Source of the DNA: Paraspadella gotoi
Taxonomy: Eukaryota > Animalia > Chaetognatha
NCBI GenBank assembly: GCA_051294375.1
Contig: JBJCIZ010000028.1
Span: 124,001-188,000 of the forward strand
Reading direction: 5' to 3'
DNA length: 64,000 bases
In this document: one piece after another, positions 13,551 to 26,046 of the stretch
Layout: each line of letters opens with the position of its first letter
Position numbering within the stretch: position 1 is the stretch's first letter
Made by a program: the position numbers and the translations under genes
Notes under the pieces: generated by a model
What the model was told of the DNA's origin: nothing
Seen by the model: only the letters and a program-made list of their open reading frames with translations
Database searches by the model: none

Positions 13551-13884
13551 ATCTCTCTCTCCTCTTCTCTCTCTCCTCTCTCTCTCTTCTCGAATGACGA
13601 TGGTTTCATCAACTTCTTCTGCGATCGTGTGCAAAATATTCCGTCGTCGAGTCGAACGATTTCTAACATCTCCCTCCAAAAAAAAAATATATGGGATCCG
13701 AAAAATATCAATTATTAATCCTGAAATAAACAAATTCATTTTCTTTCAAACCAAAAAAAAAAAACAAACAACAAATAAATAACAAAAACGAAAACTAAAA
13801 AACTTTGTTTAGAAAAAATCGAGACAACTTAATTTGATTTTTTTTATATTAAATAAAGAACCGGATATAAAATTAAAAAACACA

Positions 13885-15709
13885 ATGGACGACGCAGTGA
13901 AATCCAATTCACCCAAAGAACTTAATGAAACTCAAACTCAAGAAAAACTGTCAATGACGAAAAACTCATTGGGTAACGAAGCGAATCTTCTTCCTGAGGT
14001 CATAGAGAAACGATTTCAATGTGAAATATGTCCTAAATCCTTCAAAACAAAACAAAAGCTAAAGGTGCATCTCGTAACGCATAGTGAGGAAAAACCTTTT
14101 GAATGTGAAGTTTGTCATAAATGTTTTAAGTTCAAAATCAGTTTAAATGCACACTCTGCAACTCATTTGACTGAAAAACCATTTCAATGTAAAATGTGTC
14201 GCAAATCTTTTAAAACATACAGAGTATTACAGCAGCATATTGCAACGCATTATAAAGAAAAACCTTTTGAATGTGAAGTTTGTCATAAATTCTTCAGGAT
14301 GAAAATTCATTTAAAGTTACATTCTGTCGTTCATTCTAATGAAAAACTATTTTTATGTCAAATTTGTCAAAAATCCTTCAAAAGAAAATCTGAACTAAAT
14401 CGACATTCATCAACGCATAAGTCACATTATGTCGTTCATACCAAAGAAAAACGTTTTTTGTGTGAAATTTGTAAAGTATCGTTCAAAACGGAAAAAAGCC
14501 TTAAGAAGCATGTACTACGGCATGATAAAGAAAAATCTTTTGATTGTAAAATATGTCATGAATCCTTCCAAACAAAACAGGAACTAAATATTCATGATGG
14601 CACGCATTGTAAAGAAAAACTATTTGTTTGCAAACTTTGTCCAAAATCTTTCAAGATAAAATCGAAGCTAAACCAGCATTTTCAACGGCATACTGCAAAG
14701 GAGCAATATAAATGTGAAATCTGTCAAAAATGTTTTAAGACGGGAAGCGCGTTGAAGGTACATGGCATTATTCATTCGAGTGAGAAGCCATTTTCATGTG
14801 AAATTTGTCAAAAATGCTACAAAAGAAAATATGAACTAAAGATCCATTTCATAACACATACTACACAGGAAAAACAATTTGAGTGTGGAAGTTGTGAGAA
14901 AACCTTTTTACGAAAAGATCTTTTACAAAAACATTCTAAAATTCATTCTCAAGAGAAACCATTCCAATGTGATATTTGCCAAAAGTCCTTCAAAACAATT
15001 GGATATCTCACGACGCATAAAAAATCTCATTCTTCAGAGAAACCATTTGAATGTGAGATCTGTCATAAGACCTTTCACGTCAAGGGAAATCTAACAAGTC
15101 ATTCTAATATTCACAGAAAAGAGACGCCATACCAATGTCAAATTTGCCTAAAGTCCTTTAAGACAAAACAGTATCTTAGTTTTCATTTAAAAGTTCATAA
15201 TACAGAGAGACCATTTGAATGTGAGGTTTGTCGAAAGACCTTCAAAAACAAGAGTGATCTAAAAAGGCATTCTCCAAATCACGATCAAGACCAATCAATT
15301 GATTGTAAAAGTTGTCATAAAAAACTTTTCAAATAAAAGTTACATACGAATACATCTTAAAACACATTCCGAAGAGAAGACATACAAGTGTGATATTTGT
15401 CAAAAGGGATATTCACTCAAAACATATTTAAAGCAGCATCTCAAGTCACATATGAAAGAAAGATTTATAAATGTGACGTTTGTCATAAGTCTTCTCAAAA
15501 AGAGGGAATCTTAACAATCATATTAAAACTCATACAAAAGAAAAGCCATATGCATGTGTGATTTGCCAGAGAAGTTTTTTAAGAGAAGAACATGTAAAAA
15601 TTCATCTCAGAATCATACAAAAGAAAAGCCATATAAGTGTGAGATTTGCCAAAACGGTTTTTCAACAAAAGAAAGTATGAAGAGACATCTTTACACTCAT
15701 TTTGTCTAG
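13885..15709 (+). CDS. Poly-C2H2 zinc-finger protein 4 (~20 fingers); several frameshifts in the 3' end
   Basis: ATG 13885 (MDDAVKSN) opens 16 fingers to ~15325. Four more fingers continue across single-base indels, often in homopolymers (~15325, ~15465, ~15490, ~15612), to TAG 15707-15709. Confidence 0.85.
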
Positions 15710-16537
15710 ATCATCTACGTCACTTCTAAATAATATTACTATAAAAGATGTGAAATAAATTCAGAGATCAATCCAAATCTCAAAACTAATGCTAAAGAGA
15801 TTCCATGTATGTCTTTTATTTTTAGAAATATTTTTAAATTGCTAGTTTTTTGTCGAAGGTTAAATCTGAGTTATGTGAAAGTTTGAAACCAAAATTTAGC
15901 AATTTCGAAAACTAATTTATTAATGCATAATAATCATTATTTTTCCCCTTTTTTACTAATATAGAAACTCAGCTTAATTTGTGTATAGTACTATCCCTAT
16001 TATATTATTAAAAAAATTTTTTTTTAATTCTGAAAACAGATTCAGATTGCTTCTTAAACAATGATAAATATGAATCGTTTTAAAATATTAAGTCGTTTAG
16101 GTTAAAATTGCATTTCTATTTTTTAAATTGAAAAATTAAAAATTTTAGTAAATTATAAAATACCATTTATAAATACATTTCACTGGTACCAATAATTTAT
16201 CAAATCAAAAAAAGATTTACCAACATATTCTTTTGAGTTTTATATTTATATTTACTGCTTTAAATTTAATCAATTTTATTTTATTCACAGCACTATGTAC
16301 TTAGCAGCCAACCATAAGTATAACAAGTTTGAGCAAACAATGTCGGATCTGCCTAGGATAATTAATTAATTAATTAATCGATTAATTAATTCATTAATTA
16401 ATTTTAATAATTAATTATAATTTTATTATCATCATCGATGTCTTAAAATTGAGTCAGGACAGTTATTAAATGTTTTGTTTACATTTTATCAAAACAAACA
16501 AATATCCTTTATTTTATTTTATGTCTCCTTCTCTCTC

Positions 16538-16620
<83 letters not shown>

Positions 16621-17179
16621 CTTCAGTATAACTAACAGTTGAAGTAATATAACCGTGTAATCTTGATAGAATAGCTTGAAGTAAAATGGAAGTACAAAAA
16701 GTAGTAGAAGTATAATTAATTGTTAAAGTAACAGGATCGTGCTAAATTCTATTTTTGATAAAGTAGCTTTTGAGGTAGTTTTGAAAACTGGCCTAAAGCT
16801 CTACTCCTATTTTCAATATCAATATCAATATCTCTCTCTCTCTTTTTATGCAATTGCGACGATCCTTATGCTTTCAAGATTTTTTTAACTTGCATCATTT
16901 TTTTTCAACTTGCATAATTTTTTCAACTTGCATTCCGTCAAAACTTTATATCTAGCTTCTTCACTCACTTTCCTACCGGCTCACAAAATTTTCATCTCAA
17001 TCTATCATGGGTTTAAAATAATATACGTACGTTTTACCAAAACTTTATATCAAGCTTCGTCACACATTTTCCTACCCACACACAAAATTTCAACGCAATT
17101 ATCCATCCAATTATGATTAATTAGAGTACTTATTGGTTAAATAAGTAAAAAGATTTTAGTAAATGCGACTTATGTTTTT

Positions 17180-17910
17180 TTCCATTTAAACTAATTTCCA
17201 CTCACACGATTCCATCGCAACTTTATATCCAGCTTTATCACACACTTTCCTACCCACACACAAATTTAATTCCCAATCCAATCAGCCAATCATGAGTTAT
17301 TGGAGCTTTTTGCTAAGGTGAGACGGATGGACGGATTGATTGACTAATTAATTAAATATTGATTAATTTATTTACTAATTGATTAATTAACTGATTAATT
17401 ATTTGATTTATTAATAAATCCTGCATATACATTTAATATAAAAGGAAAAAGAAGCATAATCAATTAGTGAAACAGGATTTTTTTTTCCATTTAAACTCAT
17501 TTCCACTCAAACGATTCCATCGAAACTTGGTTTCCTGTTCAATCACACACTTTCCTACCCACATACAAATTCAGGTCAATCAGCCCATCCACTAATGAGC
17601 AATTGGTGTTCAAATAGTGAATATATTTTTTTGTTTTTTCCATTTAAACTCATTTCCACTCGGACGATTCCATCGAAACTTCATATCCAGCTCAATCACA
17701 CACTTAGCTATTCAAATCCATCCTTCCAATCACGAGTAATTGGTGTTTTTTGCTAAGGTGGGACGGACGGACGGACGACAAATCATTTTTTTTTGCATAA
17801 TTTATCATAATTCGATGTCTGACATGATATAAGTATTGCCCGACAAATATTGAGGGGCGGACGCACGGACCGACAAAGTGAATTATAGAGTCGGGATCTG
17901 CCTGATAAGC
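17180..17910. mobile_element. Non-autonomous HINE/DINE-like element with internal subrepeats and (GGAC)n
   Basis: Repeated block TTTCCATTTAAACTCATTTCCACTC...CGATTCCATCG, GGACGGACGG tracts, and end motif GACCGACAAAGTGAATTATAGAGTCGGGATCTGC. Relatives at ~28020-28380 (inverted), ~38720-39000 and ~40730-40935. Confidence 0.6.
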
Positions 17911-18382
17911 TAATAAAACTAATAAAAAGCTATGCAGGTTTGATATTTGCCGGAATAACTTTAGAGACAACAACTAAATATGGGTATAACTTTAAAATAA
18001 AAACTACCCATAATAATCCGAGGTGGAATCGTCTCAACCAACACAACTAGATCGATGGTCTTCTTGACCAATAAACATTCTCGCTCTTGATCCCGTTTTT
18101 AGACATAAAAATGGTTGTATTGCAGTTAGGGTGAATTTTGATTGTTGTTACATTTGCTTTGTCAACATAGTCCGTTCTTTTTGTAAAAGCTTTTTTGTAA
18201 ATAAATAGAAATTTCGATTTGTATTTAAAAATATGTTTCCATGATTTTTATTCCCTGAACAACTAATCAAAGAATTTAGCCTAGCGCTCAATACACAATA
18301 CAGATATAAAAGAATTGGGAAACAACATAAATATGCATCCATTTAATAAATAATATATCTTGTGGTATGATATTTTAATTAT

Positions 18383-18594
18383 TGAAGAGATAGTGATATT
18401 TGTTATGTGTTAGTGACAGAACAATTCAATATAAGCAGTCCCTGAGCTTCGGATCCGGCTGTCACACCATGTTAGAGGCGGGTTAAGCGGCCCGACCCTC
18501 TTCACTGCTAGGCGACTACCGGGATAGAACCCCGGACCTTTGGGTTGGGAGGCGAATGACTTGCCTCCGGCACCAATGGCCGCTGACGCACGGT
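18383..18594 (-). mobile_element. Solo LTR of the tRNA-containing TRIM (5' end degraded)
   Basis: Matches the LTRs at 33593-33841 and 34040-34280, including the tRNA-like cassette and the CT(A/G)TCTCTTCA end. Confidence 0.8.
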
Positions 18595-19459
18595 TTTATT
18601 GTACCCGGAGCCTATTGTCCATGACAATTTTGTCAAAAACCAGATGAGAGTTCCATATATGAATACAAAATCGAAGCTAAACAGGTGCATTATATATAAT
18701 TATATATATCTCTCTCTCTCTGTAATTTAGAAAATATTAAAGTCACTTTCTGCTCTCTGATTCAGATAGATAAATTATACACTTATGGGGTATTTAAATT
18801 GTTAATGAAAAAAAAATCTCGAGATAAACAACCTGACTTCATATCGCATCATCAATTAAAGTGCATTTGCATATCGTAGTAAATAGTCTTTTCCAACCGC
18901 GTCGATATACCTCCAAATAAATATAACTTATTTAGCTTAATTCATCTTTGTTATAACATAATTACCACATTCCATTTTACAACCTGGCCTTGACATTATT
19001 CATCAAGTCGTCAAGTCAATGATTTTTTTTTCCCGCCAAATTAGAAGTCGGCAGTCGATCGTTTCTTTATAAAATGGTATTCGCTAATCGTTTCTCCATT
19101 GACAAGAGTATAGGTTTCTGACCAGTGTATTTTATATATTTAGCTAAGTATATATCCAACTTCGGTATTTGCAACGAACGTTTGTTCGTCAATTCGTTAA
19201 AATGAGTTTATCACTTTTGTTCAACTGTCGTTTAAGAAATTAAAAGAGAGGAAATTTAAAAAAAAACAACCAATGTTTGAACTTATTTATTAATTTGTTA
19301 AATTTAAGTTTGAACTCATATATTCGTTTGATACCTGCGCGATCGCGAAAGAAGCAATAGAGCCAAATTCAAATGAACAAATGATCACAAATTAAACAAT
19401 TATAATTAAATATAAATTATAGATTTTAAAATAACCAACTTCCAAATCGATTTTCTCAT

Positions 19460-20625
19460 ATTCTTCTCCTCTCCCTTTCCTCTTTCCCATCTCCTCTCTC
19501 CCCCTCCTCCCTCCCCTTCTCTCCTCCCTTCCTCCTTCCTCCCGCTCTCTTCCCCTGTTCCTTCTCCTCCCCCTCTCCTCCCCTACTTCCCCTCCCCAAC
19601 CTCCCTCCCTCCCCCCTCTCTCTCCTCCCTCCCTCCTTCCCTCCGTCTCTTCCCCCTCTTCTCCTCCCTCTCCTCCCCTACCTTCCCTCCCCCACTCCCT
19701 CCTCCCCCTCTCCTCTCTCCTCCTCCTTCCTCCTCTCCCTTCCCTCTCCCTTCTCCTCCCCTCCCGCTCGCTCTCCTTCCCTCCCTCCTCCCCTCCCTTC
19801 CTTCCCCCTTTCCTTCTCTTCCCTCCTCTCTCCCCTACTTCTCCCCCACTCCCTCCCCCTCGCTCTCCTTCCCTCCCTCCTTCCCTCCCTCTTCCCCCTT
19901 TCCTTCTCTCCCCCTCTCCCTCCCAACTTCCCCCTCCCCCACTCCCTCCCCTCTCTCATCCTCCCTCCCTCCCTCTCCCTTCCCCTCTCCCTTCTCCTCC
20001 CCTCACCCCTCGCTCTCCTTCCCTCCTCCTTCCCTCCCTCTGCTCTTCCCCCTTTCCTTCTCCTCCCCCTCTCCTCCCCTACTTCCCCTCCCCCACTCCC
20101 TCCCCCCTCTCTCTCCTCCTCCCTCCTTCCCTCCCTCTCTCTTCCCCCTCTCCTTCTCCCTCCCCGCTCCTCCCTACTTCCCCCTCCCCACTCCCTCCCC
20201 CCTCTCTCCTCCCTCCCTCCTTCCCACCCTCTCCCTTCCCCCTCTCCCCTTTCCTCCTCCCCTCCCCTCGCTCTCCCTCCCTCCTTCCCTCCCGCTCTCT
20301 TCCCCCTCTCCCCTTCTCCTCCCTCCCCCTCACTCCTCCCCCTCTTCCTCCTCCCACCCTCCTTCCCCTCTCCTTCTCCTCTTCCTCTCTCCCTGCCTCT
20401 CTCTCTCCTCCCCCTTCTCTTCTCCTCCCTCCCTCCTTCCCTCCCTCTTCCCCCTCTCCTTCTCCTCCCCTCTCCTCCCCTACCTCCCTCTCCCCTCCCC
20501 CACTCCCTCCCACCCCCACTCCCTCCTCCCCCTCTCCTCCCTCCCTCCCTCCCCTCTCCTTCTCCTCTTCTCTCTCCCTTCCCCTCTCCCTCTCTCCTCC
20601 CCCCTCTCCCTCCTCCTCTCCCTCA
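19460..20625. repeat. ~1.15 kb polypyrimidine (C/T) tract with internal degenerate repeat units
   Basis: Almost exclusively C/T, with CTCCCCTACTTCCCCTCCCCCACTCCCTCC recurring. Ends at the CAG acceptor of a GPCR exon. Confidence 0.9.
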
Positions 20626-20626
20626 G

Positions 20627-21451
20627 ATCCTCCACAGTCGTCCTCCTCTGCATCCTGGCGACGGTCGACCTTCGTTCTTCTCCTCACCAACCAAGCGGGA
20701 CTCTGTCTCCGTCCGCTCTTCATGTACAAAGGCTCCAAGCAGCTTGCCAAGAGCTTCCTCAGGGTCCATCTCTCCTACAGTTCGGTTCTCATGATCTTCT
20801 CCAACGTTCTGCAGCTCTCCAACATCTGGAACACTGGTGGGTGGTCAAAAGGTTGTCTGTCTGTCCGTCTGTGTGTCTGTTGGTTTGTCTGGTTGTCTCT
20901 CTTTCTTCCCTTCTTTCCTTCTTTCTTTCTTTATTTCTTTTTTTTTAATGTCTCTCTCTTTAACTTTCTCTCTGTTTGTCTTACCGTTTCTGTCTTTCTG
21001 TCTGCAGAAAATGTCGATTTTCGAGCTGCCGATTCGGTTTTTGCTTCGCCCATAACAAAATGTTTTTTTGAACATGAGTCGCCGTAGGAATTAAGAAGAA
21101 AGTCGTTTTATCAAATAAATAAATATGCATTTCTCCATTAAAAAAAAAGGTTCTCGTAAAACCGTAAAAACGATGTTTCCCTGGGCAAAACAATTTCAAT
21201 GAGGTTGACAAGTAAAATTACCTAATTCTCGATAAACTCACGAAAATCGAGGCAGGAGACAAAGCGCGCGAAATTATTGGCCGATGTAAAACTGGCGAGA
21301 GACAGAATTGGCTACGCGTTCTAAATCGAGGTGAAACATCTTTAACAATGTCTTTCTTTCTTTCTTTTTTATCTTTCTTTCTTTCTTTCTTTTTGTCCAT
21401 TTTTTAATTTCTTTCTTCTCTCTTCCTCTTTCTCTCTCATTCTCTTTCATT

Positions 21452-21531
<80 letters not shown>

Positions 21532-22157
21532 TCATATACTCTCTCAATTCTAAGAGCGCCAAACTCGAGTCAAACTGAAAAAGTATTTCCGTTTTGTTTA
21601 CACGTCTGTGTCGGCGCCATTAAACTTCCTCTTTTCTCGGCCAAAGCGTTGGCTAATATCTCTCTCTCTCTCTCTCTCCCTCTCTCTCTCCCTCCCTCTC
21701 TCTCTTTCTCTCTCCCTTCTTGGAACGGAAAAGGGGAAGGAATATTGATAATTTGCATTTATAGTAGTTAAAATTATTCCACGGCAAAACGAGGCGTATT
21801 TGATTGTGAATTTAATCTCTGCCGAGGAAAATACAATTAAAATAAAAATAATAAACGTTTTCGTTTTTAATTTCCTGTAAAAATATTATACTTTGTCAAA
21901 TTTCAAATTACATTTAACAATAAGAAATTCAATTCTTTACTTGAAAAGTTTTTAAACCGTAAAGATTGTAAACTTTTTCGTCCCACTCTCTCGCTCTCTC
22001 TCTCGCTCTCGCTCTCTATCTCTGTTTTAACGATAATCATTAATTAAGAAATCGTACAAACTTTTTTGTTACTTTTTAAATTGAATTGTTTTTAAAAATA
22101 AATTTACAACTTTTAAAACATTAAAAACGAGGTTAACAACTTCAACAAATCTGTCCG

Positions 22158-22224
<67 letters not shown>

Positions 22225-22740
22225 GTCTCTCTTTTTCCCTAGGAGGAATAGAGTCGCTTGATTCAGGAGCTGAATATAAATAAAAAAAATTAATTCAAGA
22301 TGAATGCTTTTTCTCTCAAATCGAAAATGAGCGAAAAAAAAAGGGAAAAGGGAGAAAAACTCCATTGAAACTCGGAGAAAATGAAAATCGGGCCTTATTT
22401 ACCGAAAGCGTCACAATTCATCTTTAATTCGGATTATATTAAGGATAAAGTAAAGGTTTGGTTAGGTTACGTTATGTTAGGGATTAGGTTAATTATTAGG
22501 GTTAGGCAATTTGGGTTTAGGGTTAGGGTTTGGGATAATTTTAACGATTAATATTTAAGTTAGGGTCAGATTTAAGGTTACATATTAAGCTCAAAATTTA
22601 ATTCAGGGATTGAATAACAGAAATAGGGCGCTTTTGGAAAAAGGAGCCTCCCTTTGGACAGACTTGGGTGGGTTAGGCCTTCATCCCTCTCAAACGATAA
22701 TATCCAAGCGGGACGCATCCTCTCCCTCTCTCCCTCTCTT

Positions 22741-22788
<48 letters not shown>

Positions 22789-23646
22789 GATGACTCAGCC
22801 GCCCCATGAGAGTCATGAAAGTCATGTCAGGGTGTCATGGGTAGCAGGGAAACAGGAGCGACATGGTGATACTCTGACGGAATGTCACGGTGCCACGGTG
22901 ACCGACTTTATTGCTTCATAACAGACATATTGAAATTCAACTGCATTCTTGTCCGACCTGATATTACTTTCTACAATGATTAAAGATTTAAAAAAATGCT
23001 GATTTAAGTATTAACAGAAATTTAAGTTCAATTTAAATTTAAATACAAAATTCGTTGTATTTGACATCGCCTTTGTTATTGACATAGTCGTCGTCATCGT
23101 CGTCATCATCATCGTCATCTTTCATGGCGCCAATCAACTGCGCCCATCGATTCGTGACGTCATAAATGAGACACTTTTTTATTGTCTACGAGTGTACTAG
23201 ATATAAAGAGTTAAACTTATTACATCTAATATAATTAATTAATTTCAACTCGTTTTTATCAAATCAATCACCCCCTTTTTTAGCTTCATTTCTAAGAATG
23301 ACAAGAAAGTTTTTAATATTTTAATTTTTTCATTTATTTATCATTTCCTAAGATTTCTTTCATTCAATTTCCTCTTTTTCCTGTTTTGATTTTTTTCCCT
23401 TTTCTCGAAAAAAATGACTAATTTCCCTCGGCTCAAACTCTCCTTCGAGACTCTCTCACTATCTGTCTCTCTTTCTTTTTTCTTGTCTTTCTTTTTTTTC
23501 TCTTCTTTTTTTTTTTTCTTCTTTCTTACTTTCCTACTTTCTTTCCTTATTTATCTCATTCTTTCTCTCTTTCTCTTTCTTTCTCTCTTACTCCCTTCGT
23601 CTCTCTTTCTCTTAACCTTTCCCTATATCTCTCATCTCTTTCCCTT

Positions 23647-23690
<44 letters not shown>

Positions 23691-24942
23691 CCTTTCCTCC
23701 TCTCTCTCGCCCCTCCCTCCCTGCTCCTCCTCCTTCTCCCTCCGTCTCTCCCTCTTCATCTAGCATGCGAAAATGTCCTCCACTCTCTGCCCAAGGAATT
23801 TCTCCAATTTCTTTTCCCCCAAAAAAATTCTCACTCAATCGTTCACGACCTTAAGAGAAGCGGTTCCTCCCCGCCTTACTTTCTGCCCTTTTCTCCCCCT
23901 CCCCGCGGTTCTAAGGGCTGTTTTAAAGGCTGTTTTTGACCGGAGAGTCAATTGAGGAACCGACAGATTTATGGCTCCAAGGGTTTTTTTTCCAATAGTT
24001 TTATCGGCACTATTTTCTAAGAGCTCCCAAATTTTGCTTCTAATAACTGAAATTGATTTTAAATAAATTATTTAACTTTAATAATTTATCAAATTATTAA
24101 CCCAATCTTTAAGCATAATTCCTATCCTTAACTCCTAACCATAACCTCATCCCAAACCTTAATTCATACTTATAACTCAAGTCCCAAAACTTATCTGCTA
24201 AACATAAACCTTAACCTTATTTATTATCAAAATTTATAACCAAATCTTTCACCTTACTCTTAAACTTAAAGCTTAACCTAATACATTTTACTTATAATTT
24301 TGGTTAATTCTGAATTAAAACTAAAATGGGGCCCTTTTGAAAAATATGGCGGTTCTCCCCCTTTTACTACTACTAACCTCGCGTGAATACAAATAGGGTA
24401 AATGGAATCCGGGGATTTATTACAACCAATATTTTCGTTTAAGCGGGATTATATTTTTTTCCTTCATGCGGCACGGCATTCTTATAAGAAAATTTTTTAT
24501 GGTTGGTGGATATTTATATTTTTAATACAATATTTTTTAAAAAATATAATAAAGATTTATTTGTAAAAAATATTATATAACAAATATAACTGTTTTTTTG
24601 TAAATAAAACTCACTGAGTAAACTTTTTTGATTTCTGTTTGAATAGAATAGCTCTGTATTAATATTAACATAACATGCTTATCAAATTATTGATCAGTTT
24701 TGGCTAACAAAGGAACCTTATTTTTTAAATACAGTTTGGTAACATGCAAAAGTTTAGTTGACATAAGTTTTTGTTAGATTAATTGAATGATAAATGTTCA
24801 ATAAATGAAATAATAAACAATAACTTTCAGCTCTTTCGTCTTTACCATGAAGCGAGGGAACGCGTAACGCGAAATATTTATCGCCGGTGGGACACAGTGA
24901 GAATATCAGGCCTAAAAAAAAAAGGGGGGGAAAGAGGGGGAA

Positions 24943-24981
<39 letters not shown>

Positions 24982-25991
24982 ATCTTTGAGTGAGAAATGG
25001 ACCCGTCCGGACTTCGGGGTTGGGAACGACTTTTAACGGAAACTCCGACGCCCTTTCCCTTTTCTAGTAGCAGGGGATATAGATCCTGGCCAATGTAAAT
25101 TTCCCCTTTTTTGCTTTTTTCTGGTTTCTTTTTTGTTTTTGTTTTTTGTTTTTTGTTTTTTTTTTGTAAAATCCAATCTTTCTCCTCCAAACAATTGATT
25201 GGGTGAAAAAAAATCCGAACGAAAAATTTCAAAATAAATTCTTTCTCAACCAGATGGCGCCCACGATTTTACCCACGTAATTTTCTCGAGGTCGCGCAAT
25301 TTTGCAACTCTTCATTTTTTTGTTTTCCTCCTTTAAACCAGCCAACTATATCCACAAATTTGATGTGAACCGATCAACCACAACTCCTTTCGTAATAAAC
25401 TTTCACTTTTTGTCCACAAATACCTGTTTTTTTTTGTTTTCCTCCTTTAAACCAGCCACGTACATTCATAACTTTGATGTGAACCGATCAACCACAACTC
25501 CTTTCGTAATAAACTTGCCTTTTTCGTCCACAAATACCTTTTTTTTTTGTCCCCTTCAATCCACGGAGCTTCTTTGCCCACAACTGGACTGTACAATCAG
25601 CTAACTTTTGTTTGGCCCTAAACCTTCATACAAGCAAATTATATTTTTTCCAACAAAGACTTTCTTACAAGAAGCTTTCTTTTACAGCTCTTCCTAGCTT
25701 ACATACGTTTTTGCCTACTAGTCGCCGACAATTTAATTAAATTCGGCCTTATTTTCCAAAAACGCACCGTTTCATCTTGGATTCGGAATCGAATTTTTTT
25801 TTTAGGTTTTAAGTTTAGGTTTCGGGATTAAGTTAGGGATTAGTTTATTAATTAATATTAAGAATTAGGTTAATGTTTAAGGTTTAGGATTACAGATAGT
25901 GTTATAGATTAAGGATTAGAGTTTAGGGTACAGGTTATGGATTGAATAATAATAGTAATTCTTAATCTTAATATTAGTAATAATAATAATA

Positions 25992-26046
<55 letters not shown>

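Noticed and set aside
18500-18590. tRNA-Gly(CCC) genes or a tRNA-SINE family
   Set aside because: The anticodon stem does not pair and the boxes are degenerate. The units are LTRs of the TRIM (PBS and PPT present, fixed termini, no poly-A tail).
22440-22580. Telomere or chromosome-fusion site
   Set aside because: The TTAGGG-like repeats are degenerate, short and enclosed by MITE-like inverted ends at several loci.
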